From Candidatus Buchananbacteria bacterium (lineage in GTDB: Bacteria; Patescibacteriota; Patescibacteriia; 2-01-FULL-39-33), in assembly GCA_041666945.1 (NCBI GenBank), contig JBAYFY010000004.1, positions 6,226 to 70,225 on the forward strand: a stretch of DNA of 64,000 nucleotides, given 5' to 3'. The notes beneath the pieces were generated by a model. That model searched no databases. It was given only the letters and a program-made list of their open reading frames with translations, and had not been told where the DNA came from. The position numbers were made by a program, and so were the translations under genes. This document shows, one piece after another, positions 9,035 to 19,151 of this stretch. Numbering within the stretch: position 1 is the first letter of the stretch; each line of letters opens with the position of its first letter.

Positions 9035-9117
9035 AAAATTAAAATTATTAATGAATAACCGGCTTCGTCTAACGGCCTCGCCGTTTATCTTGGGCGGGTT
9101 GAACAGGGTGAATCTTA

Positions 9118-12100
9118 TCACTCTCCGCTTCCCGGGTCAACCGATGAAACATTCGCCACCACCACCGTTGATGCGGCATCCGTTACCGTTACCGGAGGTT
9201 CATCAGCGGCCGGCGCCGACTCGGAAATAGGCAGTTCCTCTGTTGCTGGCAAAGTTTCCGGATTGGGCGGCTCGTCAGCAAGCATATCGGCTGATTGGAT
9301 TGTTCCGCTTACATCGGAATCCGTTGTTTCTGTCACGCCCAAATTAGCCGTGTTTAAAACAGTTGACGCCCCGATGACATCGGTAACTAACGATGAGGTA
9401 GAACTGACAAAAAACGGATTGCTGCTGGATGATTCTGTCGTGGTAGAAAAATCATTCTGCAGAATAATCAGCGAACTGCTGCTCAAAACAATATTCAGCC
9501 CGTCATCAGTGATTTCATCGTTAGTCATAATCCCGCTTTCATCGCTCTTAACCGCTATGGCATGCCAATTAAATCTCATTTCTGCCGTAAACGGCAAATC
9601 AACCGCCAGAATGAAACCTGTGGAACTTTGCGCTTCCACCCAATAATTGTGTCCGGCGACATTAAGCAACGGAGTCAAGGTAATTATCGGATCAACTTCA
9701 TACGGTTTGGCAAAATATACGGCGGTAGAAGTCGCGCCCACAGGCAATTCTACCGTGCCGGCCGCATCTTTATCCAAATAAATATGATCCTTAAACACCA
9801 CTTTGGATTCAAACCCGGCTTCGCCGATAACTGTGATAGTGCCGTAAAAAGTAGCCGAAGAATCAACCGTCAGCGAATCCAATTCTTCGGTTTCTTCAAC
9901 GGAAGCGTCAGTAACAGCCAAATCGGAAGAGGTGCTCACGAGTTCCGACAACTGGGCGGATAAAACCCCAAGCTCCTGCTCCTGGCGTTGGGCGATTTGT
10001 AATAAATAAAACGATAGATGATCAAAACGATAGCCCCGGGTTAAACCGTCATCCATGTATAATTCCGGCAAGACATCCCTGATTTCTTCGGCGATCAAGC
10101 CGAAATCGGTTTGTCCGGTTTTTTTCCAGACAAAGGATTTGACCTGCAAACCCAATAAAGCGTCAATATCAAGATCGGTATCAATAATTTCCTCTTTGTA
10201 TTCTCTGGAAGACGGATTGACATTGGTCAGGGTGCCGTTATTGGAATAAACGATGCCGTTAGTGTTTAAATTAGTAACTGTTAAAGTGCTGGTAACCGTT
10301 ACCGCCTTGCCATCGGCGTCAAAAGTAACAAAAGGCAGAGAATCATTGTAATCAAGCCATTGATAGGTCTTGGCGCTCTGAAAATACAATAATTCAGTCG
10401 TGGTGTTAAAAGCGATGTCTGCCGTAGCGGCCATCTGCAAGTTGGTAAAAGTTAAAACAGAATCACGATTTGTTGAATAAAGAATCGCCTGATCCTTTAT
10501 TCCGATCAAATCATAATCAGAACCACCGGTAAAAGCGGAAGTGGAAGCATGCCCGGCAATTATCGGTACACCCATTAAGGTGTCATCCCAATAAAAATCA
10601 ATGCCGTAATCCCCGTCACTAGTGAGCTTTAGCCAATCGTCATTGGAAGTAACGGTTAATTTATGGGTCGGGGTGCTGGTGGTAAAACCGATAGTGGTAG
10701 TGGAATTCAAATTAGTTTCACCGGCAACCTTAAGGCCGCCACCGCCGACTATCACTCCGAAAAATTTGCCCAAACCGATGGTTATCAAATCCCTTAACAC
10801 TTGCAGACCGCCAGACACTATAGAACCGACCCGAGCAGTTGGCGTTTCCATTCCCGGAAGTTTTACAATTACTAATTCATTATTGGGGTTGGCGGAAAGC
10901 GGCAAATAAGCCCGATTGCCGGCTACTTCTACGCCCCAAGGAAATTTAACCAAGGAAAGCGAATCGACGAAAAACGGATTATAAGGATTAGAAATATTTA
11001 TAATTCTTAAAGCCCTGCCCTTGGCATCAACTACGTAAGCATAGTCCCCCTGGACAGCTAATCCGGAAGCTCCGGAATATCCAAGTTCGGTGCTAAAAGA
11101 CAAACCGCTGCCGCCGACTATAACCGGATTAGTGGAAGAAGAAATATCAATAATCCTAAAAACCTGGGTGGAGGTTATGCCGGCATCAGTGGTCGGACCG
11201 AAACAATCGCTGGTCGTATAAGCATAGTTGCCGCGCACCACCACGTCTCTGCCTAAGGGCGACATCGCTAAATTCTGTCCGCCGACTACAACCGGATGGT
11301 AAGGATCGGATATATCGGTAATCCTAAAGACATCAGTAGAAGTATCAAAATAACTGACGGTATAAGCGTATTTTCCCTGAATGTCAATACCGCGCGTCTC
11401 GCCCGGGAAACCGCTTACGGAAGCGCTTATTCTTGCTGGGTTTGAGGGATCGGAAACATCTATAATTTGCAGGCCGTCATAGCCCCTGGCAGCAGTAGTA
11501 TAATAAGCGGCGTAAAGCAAGCCGTCTATAACCCTTAATTTCCTTAGAGCGTAATCATTGGTATAATTGCTGCCAACCATTTCCACCGGGTTAGTCGGAT
11601 CGGTAATATCCAAAATAGAAAGGGTGGTGGTACTGCCGGTATCATAATCTTCAAAACCGATATAAGCGTATTTGCCGTCAACCTCAATGCATCTGGCGCC
11701 GCCGTCCGGCAAACCGGGCTGCAAAGAAAAATCGCTGTCCAATAAAATCGGATTGTCAGGGTTGGAGATGTCAAAAATCCTCAATCTATTGGTGGAAGTG
11801 GCGGATTGCATCACTACATAAAGATAATCGCCGTAAACCGCCGAATTGGACGCGCCGCCAGACACATCAGGCAAAGAGGTGGTAACATAGGTCAAGGCGG
11901 CGGTAAAAGCCGTTGTCGTACTGATGGAAAGCTTGGTAAAAAATGGCGAGGAGGTAACGCTAAGCAAGCCGTTAGTGGCTTGTAAAACTCCGGTCAGATT
12001 GCTGATTGTCAGATTGCCGGAAAGATTCAAGTTTGTCAGGTAGGGCGAGGAACTCACTGATACCAGTCCGTTAGCGGCCTGCAAGATACCGTTCAAACTG

Positions 12101-13884
12101 CCGACGGTTAAATTACTGGAAATGACGGCGGTGGTTGCGGTAGCATTGCCGCTGATATTCAATCCGCCACTGCTAACGGTAACTTTGTTGTCAAAAGTGT
12201 AACCGCCCGAAGCGTTATAAAACGCTAACACGTCAGTGGAAGAAGTCCAACCTATATTAGCATTACCGGCAGTGCCTACAGAACCAAAATAAATTTCCGG
12301 ATCAGCGCCGTTACTAAAAATCTTAAAATCCTCGGCCGTTACGGAGAATATATTCAAGCTGACTATATTACTCAAATTGTCATAGACAGCGAAAGTTAAA
12401 TTTTTTTGTAACGCATCAAAAGATTGGACTAATAAATTATCACTATCAACAACACCCATATACAAGCCCGGACTTTCATTTGGAACGGTCTGCATGATAA
12501 TCATTGAGTCCTTAACCGTGCCCAACTCGCTCATTACAACTGATGTGCCGGAAAAAGCGGTAGAGGGAAAAGTGTAACTGTAAATACTGGAAGTAGTATT
12601 GCCGCCGGAAAATGAAAAGGTGGTGGTGGCCAAAGTGGAAGTGCCGGTAACAGACAGGTTGCCGCTTAAGGTCAGGCCGGCGAAAGTTGGCGTATTAGTC
12701 GTGTCCAGCCATTGGTTAAAGGGATTTTTTGCCGTGGCTGCCGAGTAATAGGTGTTAAAATTGCTCTGGAATCCCGCCCAAGTCGTAGTGGTATTCCAAA
12801 AATACTGTTCGGAGGTGGTAGACCAGCGAATTTTTGTGCTTTCCCAATAGTCGCTGGAACTGGTAGCCCAACTGCCGGCTAAAGTGGAAATATCCGACCA
12901 ATTATTGATATACACGCCGTTCAAACCGGCGGTAGTTCCCAGATAAGAGTTAGTGGAGGTAGCGGCGGTGGTGGTTGATCTGGCAACGGTCAAATCAGTG
13001 ATATCGGCGATGGATGCGGTCAAATTGGTGAACCAGCCGGAGACGGCATTGAAGACGGAGGTATAAAAATTAGTTGTGGTGGCTTGGGTTATGGAAGCAT
13101 AAGTGGAAAACAAATTAGTGGAGGTGGAATTTATCGCCAAAGTTGATGAAACGTTTAAGGTCTTGATGTTGGCAGTTGAAGTAACCGATAAGTCGGTAAC
13201 AGCGAGAGTGCTGCCGGTCGCGTCGCCAAAAACCAAGGTAGTGATATTGGCTATAGTGGCCGTCAAATTACTAATAACCGAAGACAGCGCAGTAACAGCA
13301 TTGGCAAAAAAATTCGTGCTGGTGGCATTAGTGATTGAGGCCTTATCGGCAAAAAAGTTAGTGGAAGTCAAATTGGTAATAGTGGCGCGACTGTTGACGA
13401 TATCCGCTCTTAAAAATGAAGTGGTGGCTAAGCCGTCCAGTTCCAACGCGTTTAGCGCGTTAGGCACGGCGCCCAGGCGTTTCCTCGGAGTGAGGGTTTC
13501 TCCGCTTACGGCCACTTCCAAATACAAATCCTGATTGAAATCAACTGATGATAAAGCCGTAACCGAGCCCAGCATAACCGAAAAAAGACCGTTAGTGACT
13601 GCGACTTGATCGGCGCCGGTTCGGGTTTCCGTCCAAAGAACTGAGGAACAAGCCGAGTCGGCGCACAATCTAAAAACCATGTCATAATTGCCGTCGGCAA
13701 CTGCCACATCGGAATGATCAGTAAGCTTACCTTGATAATTTATTTGTTGGTTAAAGGAAGCATCGGCTTGAGAAACGGAAAAAAACAGGGTGGACACGGC
13801 AAAACAAGCCATGATAACCCTAATTATCAGGTACCTAAAACTTTTTTGGTGTGTGTTTGTCACCATGCCAAAAATTTTATGCAT
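9118..13884 (-). CDS. 1588-aa surface fibre/adhesin with LVIVD repeats and peptidase S74 (intramolecular chaperone) domain
   Basis: Signal peptide; QINYQGKLTD...GLFSVMLG N-terminal module; Thr/Ser-rich low-complexity beta repeats; about 6 LxIxDISxPxNP repeats; SSREYK...GLIAEEI..VLPELY plus coiled coil. Confidence 0.85.
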   Translation of the reverse strand: MHKIFGMVTNTHQKSFRYLIIRVIMACFAVSTLFFSVSQADASFNQQINYQGKLTDHSDVAVADGNYDMVFRLCADSACSSVLWTETRTGADQVAVTNGLFSVMLGSVTALSSVDFNQDLYLEVAVSGETLTPRKRLGAVPNALNALELDGLATTSFLRADIVNSRATITNLTSTNFFADKASITNATSTNFFANAVTALSSVISNLTATIANITTLVFGDATGSTLAVTDLSVTSTANIKTLNVSSTLAINSTSTNLFSTYASITQATTTNFYTSVFNAVSGWFTNLTASIADITDLTVARSTTTAATSTNSYLGTTAGLNGVYINNWSDISTLAGSWATSSSDYWESTKIRWSTTSEQYFWNTTTTWAGFQSNFNTYYSAATAKNPFNQWLDTTNTPTFAGLTLSGNLSVTGTSTLATTTFSFSGGNTTSSIYSYTFPSTAFSGTSVVMSELGTVKDSMIIMQTVPNESPGLYMGVVDSDNLLVQSFDALQKNLTFAVYDNLSNIVSLNIFSVTAEDFKIFSNGADPEIYFGSVGTAGNANIGWTSSTDVLAFYNASGGYTFDNKVTVSSGGLNISGNATATTAVISSNLTVGSLNGILQAANGLVSVSSSPYLTNLNLSGNLTISNLTGVLQATNGLLSVTSSPFFTKLSISTTTAFTAALTYVTTSLPDVSGGASNSAVYGDYLYVVMQSATSTNRLRIFDISNPDNPILLDSDFSLQPGLPDGGARCIEVDGKYAYIGFEDYDTGSTTTLSILDITDPTNPVEMVGSNYTNDYALRKLRVIDGLLYAAYYTTAARGYDGLQIIDVSDPSNPARISASVSGFPGETRGIDIQGKYAYTVSYFDTSTDVFRITDISDPYHPVVVGGQNLAMSPLGRDVVVRGNYAYTTSDCFGPTTDAGITSTQVFRIIDISSSTNPVIVGGSGLSFSTELGYSGASGLAVQGDYAYVVDAKGRALRIINISNPYNPFFVDSLSLVKFPWGVEVAGNRAYLPLSANPNNELVIVKLPGMETPTARVGSIVSGGLQVLRDLITIGLGKFFGVIVGGGGLKVAGETNLNSTTTIGFTTSTPTHKLTVTSNDDWLKLTSDGDYGIDFYWDDTLMGVPIIAGHASTSAFTGGSDYDLIGIKDQAILYSTNRDSVLTFTNLQMAATADIAFNTTTELLYFQSAKTYQWLDYNDSLPFVTFDADGKAVTVTSTLTVTNLNTNGIVYSNNGTLTNVNPSSREYKEEIIDTDLDIDALLGLQVKSFVWKKTGQTDFGLIAEEIRDVLPELYMDDGLTRGYRFDHLSFYLLQIAQRQEQELGVLSAQLSELVSTSSDLAVTDASVEETEELDSLTVDSSATFYGTITVIGEAGFESKVVFKDHIYLDKDAAGTVELPVGATSTAVYFAKPYEVDPIITLTPLLNVAGHNYWVEAQSSTGFILAVDLPFTAEMRFNWHAIAVKSDESGIMTNDEITDDGLNIVLSSSSLIILQNDFSTTTESSSSNPFFVSSTSSLVTDVIGASTVLNTANLGVTETTDSDVSGTIQSADMLADEPPNPETLPATEELPISESAPAADEPPVTVTDAASTVVVANVSSVDPGSGE

Positions 13885-13974
13885 TAAACCTAATAAAAAA
13901 GCAATGAAAATTACTTTTTATTTAGGTAATGCCTTTATACATTATAACACAAAAGTAATTAAAAAACGAAATCT

Positions 13975-13983
13975 TTATCCACA
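13975..13983 (+). promoter_or_regulatory. perfect DnaA box TTATCCACA
   Basis: Exact 9-mer in the intergenic region upstream of the fibre gene; function unproven. Confidence 0.4.
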
Positions 13984-13987
13984 GATG

Positions 13988-14025
13988 AAAAAAGATGTCT
14001 CGTAAATAACGAAACATCTTTTTTG
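13988..14025. terminator. intrinsic terminator after the 14046 gene
   Basis: AAAAAAGATGT(C)TCGT-AAATA-ACGA(A)ACATCTTTTTT. Confidence 0.7.
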
Positions 14026-14045
14026 TTTATTTTTTTATTTTAATT

Positions 14046-16511
14046 TTAACCGAATAATCCTTCTTTATTTTTGTTTTCTACTGCTTGCGGCGGCTCTTCC
14101 ACGGTTAGCGGAATATCCTGAGGTTGAGTATCTTCAACTGATTTTATTTCTTCTTTGTTTTCTTTGATTTCGACGGTCTCTTGAGGCGCGGCCGGTTGAG
14201 CGGCCGACTGATTGGCGCTATGGTCGCTGATTGGCTCGGGCAGTTGTCCCGCTCCCCGCTTCAAACCGATGTTCTGTTTAACCACGGCCTCGGCCGCGGA
14301 CTGGCCGGTCAAATCAATGAGCGGGGTCTTGGTTTGGGCATAACCCTCTTTGCTGGCAGTCAAATAATATTTGTTATTTTCGGCCAAAAAGCCGTATTCA
14401 CCGCGATTGTCGGTAACATAGAACTCCAGCATGCGGCCGTATTCGGGAGAAAAAATCCTAATAACCGCTTTGGCCAATGATTTCTTGTCAGTCAAATCAT
14501 AAACCTTGCCCCAACTGCGCCGACCCTTCGGTTTGTCAGTTAAACGCTTAAAAATAAGAAGCAAAATCAAATGCAGGGTCAAAATTAAAGCGGAAAAAAT
14601 TGACGGATAAATGAAAACATAGACCAAGGCCAGAAACGGACCGATTAAGCTAAAACTGGCCGCCCAATGCTCGCGACGGAACTTGGCCAAGGCCTGCTTA
14701 TCGGTAACAACCAAATTTTTGTCAGAGTCCACGGGGATATTCGGGGCAATCGTGCCCATTGAACCTTGAGGAATATTTATAACCTCGCCAAAATACAAAT
14801 CCAAATACTGGCCGTCGGACTTTTTGCCAACTAAAATCTCGGAAGGATAAACAAAACCGGTTTTCTCCACTTTAATGACATATTGGCCTTCTTGAGCGAA
14901 AAAAATAAAACGTCCGAATTTATCGGTTACCCGAGAAGTTACCAAGCGATCGGTGGCTTTATCATATAAGCGGACCAATGCTAAATCCACCGGCTTCTTG
15001 GTAATGGAATTGAAAACTACGCCCCAATCCTTGCGTCGCCGCCGGAATAAAAACAGCCAGGGTTGGGTAAATAAGAATTGCAGGATGGAAAAACTCCAAA
15101 AAGGCGCGGCCAAAACAACATTAACCAAGGCCAGGCCTACGGTTGCTTGAACGATTGCCTTCCCCGCTGGCGATTGGGCAATAGTTCTTGCCGGCGTTAA
15201 AAAATCCGCTACCGCTTTAAGCGAATCAACACCCGGCAATTGTTCCAAGATTTCCAAGGGCTTAATTATGGCAACGGACACCAGCCAACCGGAAACATCG
15301 GCCAAATTAGTCCCGACAGAATCCTGCAAAGTGAATTTCAAATCATAACGGCCGGCCGGTACGGGAGAAAATTGAGCGGCGTAAGTATTGCTTATGGCAT
15401 CGTAAACTAAAAAATAAACATAATTATTAACTGCCGATGATAAATCCATCCTGATTCGCTCTGTACCTGTCGGCACTTTGTCGGCGGCAATATAAACCGT
15501 AATCATTCCGCCGTCCGCGGAAACAACCGCTTCGCCAGCCGGCGAAAAAATGCTCGCGATACCGTCTTGACTGAAAATAAAATCACCTAAACTGACCGAT
15601 GGCGGAATAACAGGAGGAGTAGTCGTCGGAGTGGTGGTGGGCGGGATAACGGGAGGAGTAGTCGTCGGAGTGGTGGTGGGCGGGATAACGGGAGGAGTAG
15701 TCGTCGGAGTGGTGGTAACAACGAAAGGCACGCCGCTGATGCCGGCGCCTGAAGCGAAATTGTCTAAAGAATCATAAGCAAAAACCGTATAATAATATCT
15801 TGTATCGTTTGTTAATCCGGTATTTAAAAAACTGACTTCGGGACTGACCGCCGGTTCGCCCCAGCCATCATAAACCAATACGCCTGAAGCCAATGAGGGA
15901 TAATCAAAGGTAGAACGCCTGATAATGACGCCGGCAAAATTAGTACTGGTAGGATTTTGCCAAAATAAAGCCAATTGGCTGTCGCCGGCCACCAAGCGCA
16001 AACCGGCAACGTTAGTGATTAAATCAAAAGGCGGAGCGCTTTGGGTGGTAAAAGTATAATCACCCGTATTAGCTGAACCGCCGGTTGTATCTTGGCAGGC
16101 CAGATAAAAATGATACAGGGTCGCGGGACTTAAAGAAACAATAAGCGAGGAATGGGCCGTTACAGGAGAGATCTCGGCGGTTTGGCCGGTTAAGTAATCG
16201 GTGGTTGTACCCCAATGCAACTGGCATAGAGCGGGGTGGTTGGTTTGCCAAGTAATAGCGGCGCTGCTGACAGTCGTAGTGGCCACCCTAACATCGGAAA
16301 TTTCAAAACCGCCGCCGCAATTAGTGCAAGGAGGCGGACAATCAATGGGACAGGTTTCATGAGTTTCTCCGGTTTCGCAAACGCCATTGTTATTGCAGCC
16401 GCCGCCGACCGTCAAGCCGACAGTAAAACTATCGCTGGTAGTTACAGCCATGGCTGTCAACGGCAAAAGAACAAAAAATAAAATAATGGCTATTTTTCTG
16501 ACCGCTGACAT
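14046..16511 (-). CDS. membrane-anchored surface protein: FN3-like domains, Pro/Thr linker, two carboxypeptidase-regulatory-like (Ig) domains
   Basis: AAITWQT...LSPATLYHF and LTNDTRYYYTVFAYD (FN3-like); WGVVFNSITKKPVDLALVRL...TDKFGRF and WGKVYD...TDNRGEY; internal TM helices. Confidence 0.8.
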   Translation of the reverse strand: MSAVRKIAIILFFVLLPLTAMAVTTSDSFTVGLTVGGGCNNNGVCETGETHETCPIDCPPPCTNCGGGFEISDVRVATTTVSSAAITWQTNHPALCQLHWGTTTDYLTGQTAEISPVTAHSSLIVSLSPATLYHFYLACQDTTGGSANTGDYTFTTQSAPPFDLITNVAGLRLVAGDSQLALFWQNPTSTNFAGVIIRRSTFDYPSLASGVLVYDGWGEPAVSPEVSFLNTGLTNDTRYYYTVFAYDSLDNFASGAGISGVPFVVTTTPTTTPPVIPPTTTPTTTPPVIPPTTTPTTTPPVIPPSVSLGDFIFSQDGIASIFSPAGEAVVSADGGMITVYIAADKVPTGTERIRMDLSSAVNNYVYFLVYDAISNTYAAQFSPVPAGRYDLKFTLQDSVGTNLADVSGWLVSVAIIKPLEILEQLPGVDSLKAVADFLTPARTIAQSPAGKAIVQATVGLALVNVVLAAPFWSFSILQFLFTQPWLFLFRRRRKDWGVVFNSITKKPVDLALVRLYDKATDRLVTSRVTDKFGRFIFFAQEGQYVIKVEKTGFVYPSEILVGKKSDGQYLDLYFGEVINIPQGSMGTIAPNIPVDSDKNLVVTDKQALAKFRREHWAASFSLIGPFLALVYVFIYPSIFSALILTLHLILLLIFKRLTDKPKGRRSWGKVYDLTDKKSLAKAVIRIFSPEYGRMLEFYVTDNRGEYGFLAENNKYYLTASKEGYAQTKTPLIDLTGQSAAEAVVKQNIGLKRGAGQLPEPISDHSANQSAAQPAAPQETVEIKENKEEIKSVEDTQPQDIPLTVEEPPQAVENKNKEGLFG
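15601..15716 (-). repeat. 3 x 39-bp coding repeat (TTTPTTTPPVIPP)
   Basis: ggaggagtagtcgtcggagtggtggtgggcgggataac repeated. Confidence 0.9.
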
Positions 16512-16513
16512 AA

Positions 16514-17266
16514 TTAATTGGTATAGGCGGTAAGGGTAACGGTAGCGCTGTAACTGCCGGATGATTGAGCGGCAGCAGCGCCGGCTTCGGCGCGCAATTT
16601 GATGGTTGTCGCTGTTCCGCCGGTACTGGCTACCGCTGACTGGGCGATGGTTTTATTACTGGTTGTGAATTCATCCCAACAAGCGTTGGGGGTATTCAGT
16701 AATCCGGTATTGCAAGCTAACCCGTCATCTTTATAAGTGGAAGTGATATCCGATCCTTCCGGAGTGAAACCGAAACCCGATGAGGCCGCGGCTACTGACC
16801 AAGTAAAATCAGGGTTGGCCCCGGCTTTAACGTAATCAATAAAACTATTCGCTCCGGAAACAAGCGCCGGGGCCGAGCCGGCTTTGATTTGTAGAGTATA
16901 ACCGAGAGAATTGTTGGTTCGGGCGGTGGCAACCGTAGAACCGTTAGCCGTACCGCCGGAAGCGGTGGTAATTGATGGCGTAAGCGAAACACTGGCATCG
17001 GCAATGGTTAAGGTAATATAAACGGCTTCGTCCATTTGCTGAAAACCGGCATTAGCTTGATAAGTGGTACTGGTGGAAAGACCGGTGCCGATTTCTCCCC
17101 CGGTCTGCTCTAAATCATAAGTAGTGGAGGTACTTAGCCCGCCAGTGAAGTTCAGGGAATCGCGTTGCAGTTCAAAATTGGTGGATGACATAACATAAGC
17201 CCAGGCCGGCGAGGCGAGAGCGGCCAAAAAAACAGCAACGATTAAAAAAGTTAGCTTGTTCTTCAT
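16514..17266 (-). CDS. secreted WxL-like cell-surface protein
   Basis: Signal peptide ending AWA, MSSTNFELQRDSLNFTG motif, TNNSLGYTLQI, C-terminal GSYSATVTLTA strand. Start moved to 17266. Confidence 0.65.
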   Translation of the reverse strand: MKNKLTFLIVAVFLAALASPAWAYVMSSTNFELQRDSLNFTGGLSTSTTYDLEQTGGEIGTGLSTSTTYQANAGFQQMDEAVYITLTIADASVSLTPSITTASGGTANGSTVATARTNNSLGYTLQIKAGSAPALVSGANSFIDYVKAGANPDFTWSVAAASSGFGFTPEGSDITSTYKDDGLACNTGLLNTPNACWDEFTTSNKTIAQSAVASTGGTATTIKLRAEAGAAAAQSSGSYSATVTLTAYTN

Positions 17267-18201
17267 AATGTCTTGTTTGTATTCCGGCGCCGCAATTGAA
17301 TAATCGCAACAATCGCCGCAATCACAATAAGAGCGATCAGAACCGTAAAAACCCAAGGCGGCAAAACCCAAAAACTGACGCGACTTTCCATATAACTCTG
17401 GCCGTAGCCGGGATTTAACGATAATTTGACGCGGTACCAGCCGAGCTGCGGTCGGGTAAATTCCAAGGTTTGCGTCCGCGTCGTATCCGGCATGACAAAA
17501 TAAGCAGGAATCTTTATTATTTCCACGGTTTGTCCAAAAAGATTCAATAAGGACATTTCTCCTGACGGATTCAAATAAATATTGCCGGTATTTTTGAAAG
17601 AAAAATCAACTTTGACCGGAGCGGAATCGTTGATTTTTTTTTCCGCCCGCAAAACGGTTAATTCACCCGACTCTTCAACCGAGCCGCTGACTCGGACAAA
17701 ATATAAGGAAGCTAAACGCGAAACCGGTTTGACTTGGCCGGCGCTATCCGTTAAATCCGCCTGGGCGGGAGCGGCCGCGCTGATTAAAACCGCGCCGTAA
17801 AGTCCGCCAGGCGGAGCGTCAGCCGGCACTTTCACTTCTACCGGCAATTCCATTCGTTCGCCGTGCAACAGAGAAAAACTCATTACTTCGGGACGAAGAA
17901 AATCTTTCAGCGAATATTGGCCCTTCTGGGTACCTAAAAAATCCAGGTTAGCGCCGCTTTCAGCGATAAAATCCTCGACAGCCACGGAAAAATTCAAAGG
18001 TTGGCCGGAACGATTAATAATAACAACCGAGGTCTTGGCGCTGCCGCCCGGATCTAAAATTAACTCCTTCTTGCCGCCTTCCAACACAAAATCATTAAAA
18101 TTGCTAACGTTGGTCAGTTGGGTGATGGTGAAGGCGCCGGAACCAAGCGGCATTAAAAACAGCAGACAAAAAATTGCCGGCCAAATTGTTCGTTTGGACA
18201 T
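17263..18201 (-). CDS. DUF916-like (WxL-partner) Ig-fold protein with C-terminal TM anchor
   Basis: ELILDPGG, VPADAPPGGLYGAV, FKNTGNIYLNPSG, C-terminal TM followed by RRRN. Confidence 0.7.
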   Translation of the reverse strand: MSKRTIWPAIFCLLFLMPLGSGAFTITQLTNVSNFNDFVLEGGKKELILDPGGSAKTSVVIINRSGQPLNFSVAVEDFIAESGANLDFLGTQKGQYSLKDFLRPEVMSFSLLHGERMELPVEVKVPADAPPGGLYGAVLISAAAPAQADLTDSAGQVKPVSRLASLYFVRVSGSVEESGELTVLRAEKKINDSAPVKVDFSFKNTGNIYLNPSGEMSLLNLFGQTVEIIKIPAYFVMPDTTRTQTLEFTRPQLGWYRVKLSLNPGYGQSYMESRVSFWVLPPWVFTVLIALIVIAAIVAIIQLRRRNTNKTL

Positions 18202-18256
18202 AAATATATTTAACTTCCAATTATATTATAACACAGAAGGCCGGGGATTAAAAAAT

Positions 18257-18709
18257 TCATTTAGCTTCCTGACGATATAAAGACCAGGCCAGAAAAACCA
18301 GACCGCACACAATGGCGCAATCGGCCAAATTAAAAACGGAAAAATAACGCAAATCAATGTAATCAATCACTTGCCCCCAATGCCAACGATCAAGAAAATT
18401 AGAAAAAGCCCCGACGCCGGCCAGCAGCACGGCCGTTAGCCGCCGATTATCTCGGCGACGATAAAAAATCAGTCCGTAATAAGTTAGGACAAACAGCGCT
18501 AAAACATGCGCGCCGATCATCAACAGGTAATAAATCGGCAAACCGAAAGCCGCGCCGGAATTATAAGCCAACCGCAAGCTAAGCCACCGGCCCCAAAGAG
18601 TAAAAACGGCCTCTGACCAGGGATGAGTAAAAAGCCATTTCAAGCAACGATCCAATATAAAAACCGCAATCGGCGCCAAAAGGGTAATTGCGGTTGATAA
18701 TTTTTTCAT
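18257..18709 (-). CDS. lspA: lipoprotein signal peptidase (SPase II)
   Basis: DRCLK, NSGAAFG, GAFSNFLDR, VIDYI, VFNLAD. Start moved to 18709. Confidence 0.93.
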   Translation of the reverse strand: MKKLSTAITLLAPIAVFILDRCLKWLFTHPWSEAVFTLWGRWLSLRLAYNSGAAFGLPIYYLLMIGAHVLALFVLTYYGLIFYRRRDNRRLTAVLLAGVGAFSNFLDRWHWGQVIDYIDLRYFSVFNLADCAIVCGLVFLAWSLYRQEAK

Positions 18710-18717
18710 AATTAATT

Positions 18718-19095
18718 TTAGCCCTGGCCTTTGAGCGATTTTTTGCAGGAAACGCAAGAGGTGGATTCGGGTCGTATAGCCAAGCGTCCGGCCTCAATTT
18801 CTTTGCCGCAATGCTTGCACTTGCCGTAAGTGCCTTCGGCGATCCTTTTTAAGGCCTTTTCCACATCATGAAGATTATCTTCCAGCTCATGTTCCAGTGA
18901 TAAATTAGTAGCGTAATCGGAAACTTCGGAAGCATTATCTTCAATTGATTGGCTGTTGCCATAATCGGGAAAATCAGCGTTGAAATTTACTTCCTCGCCT
19001 TCGGCGCGCGTGCCAATAGCATCCAAATGCTTGATGATTTCCGCTTTTTTTGCTTCTAATTGTGATTTGAATTGCTGGATCTGCTGATTATCCAT
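18718..19095 (-). CDS. TraR/DksA C4 zinc-finger protein
   Basis: ALKRIAEGTYGKCKHCGKEI...RL..RPE...CVSC. Start moved to 19095. Confidence 0.9.
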   Translation of the reverse strand: MDNQQIQQFKSQLEAKKAEIIKHLDAIGTRAEGEEVNFNADFPDYGNSQSIEDNASEVSDYATNLSLEHELEDNLHDVEKALKRIAEGTYGKCKHCGKEIEAGRLAIRPESTSCVSCKKSLKGQG

Positions 19096-19151
19096 AAAAT
19101 TATGACTAATACTTAAAGATAGCATAATTATATTATGCCAAGGCAATTATG

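Noticed and set aside
9118-13884. Prophage, suggested by the tail-fibre chaperone domain
   Set aside because: The protein has a signal peptide and is flanked by trxA and surface genes; no integrase, terminase, portal or capsid genes are in the window.
13975-13983. Replication origin
   Set aside because: Only isolated single DnaA boxes, with no cluster and no dnaA or dnaN nearby.
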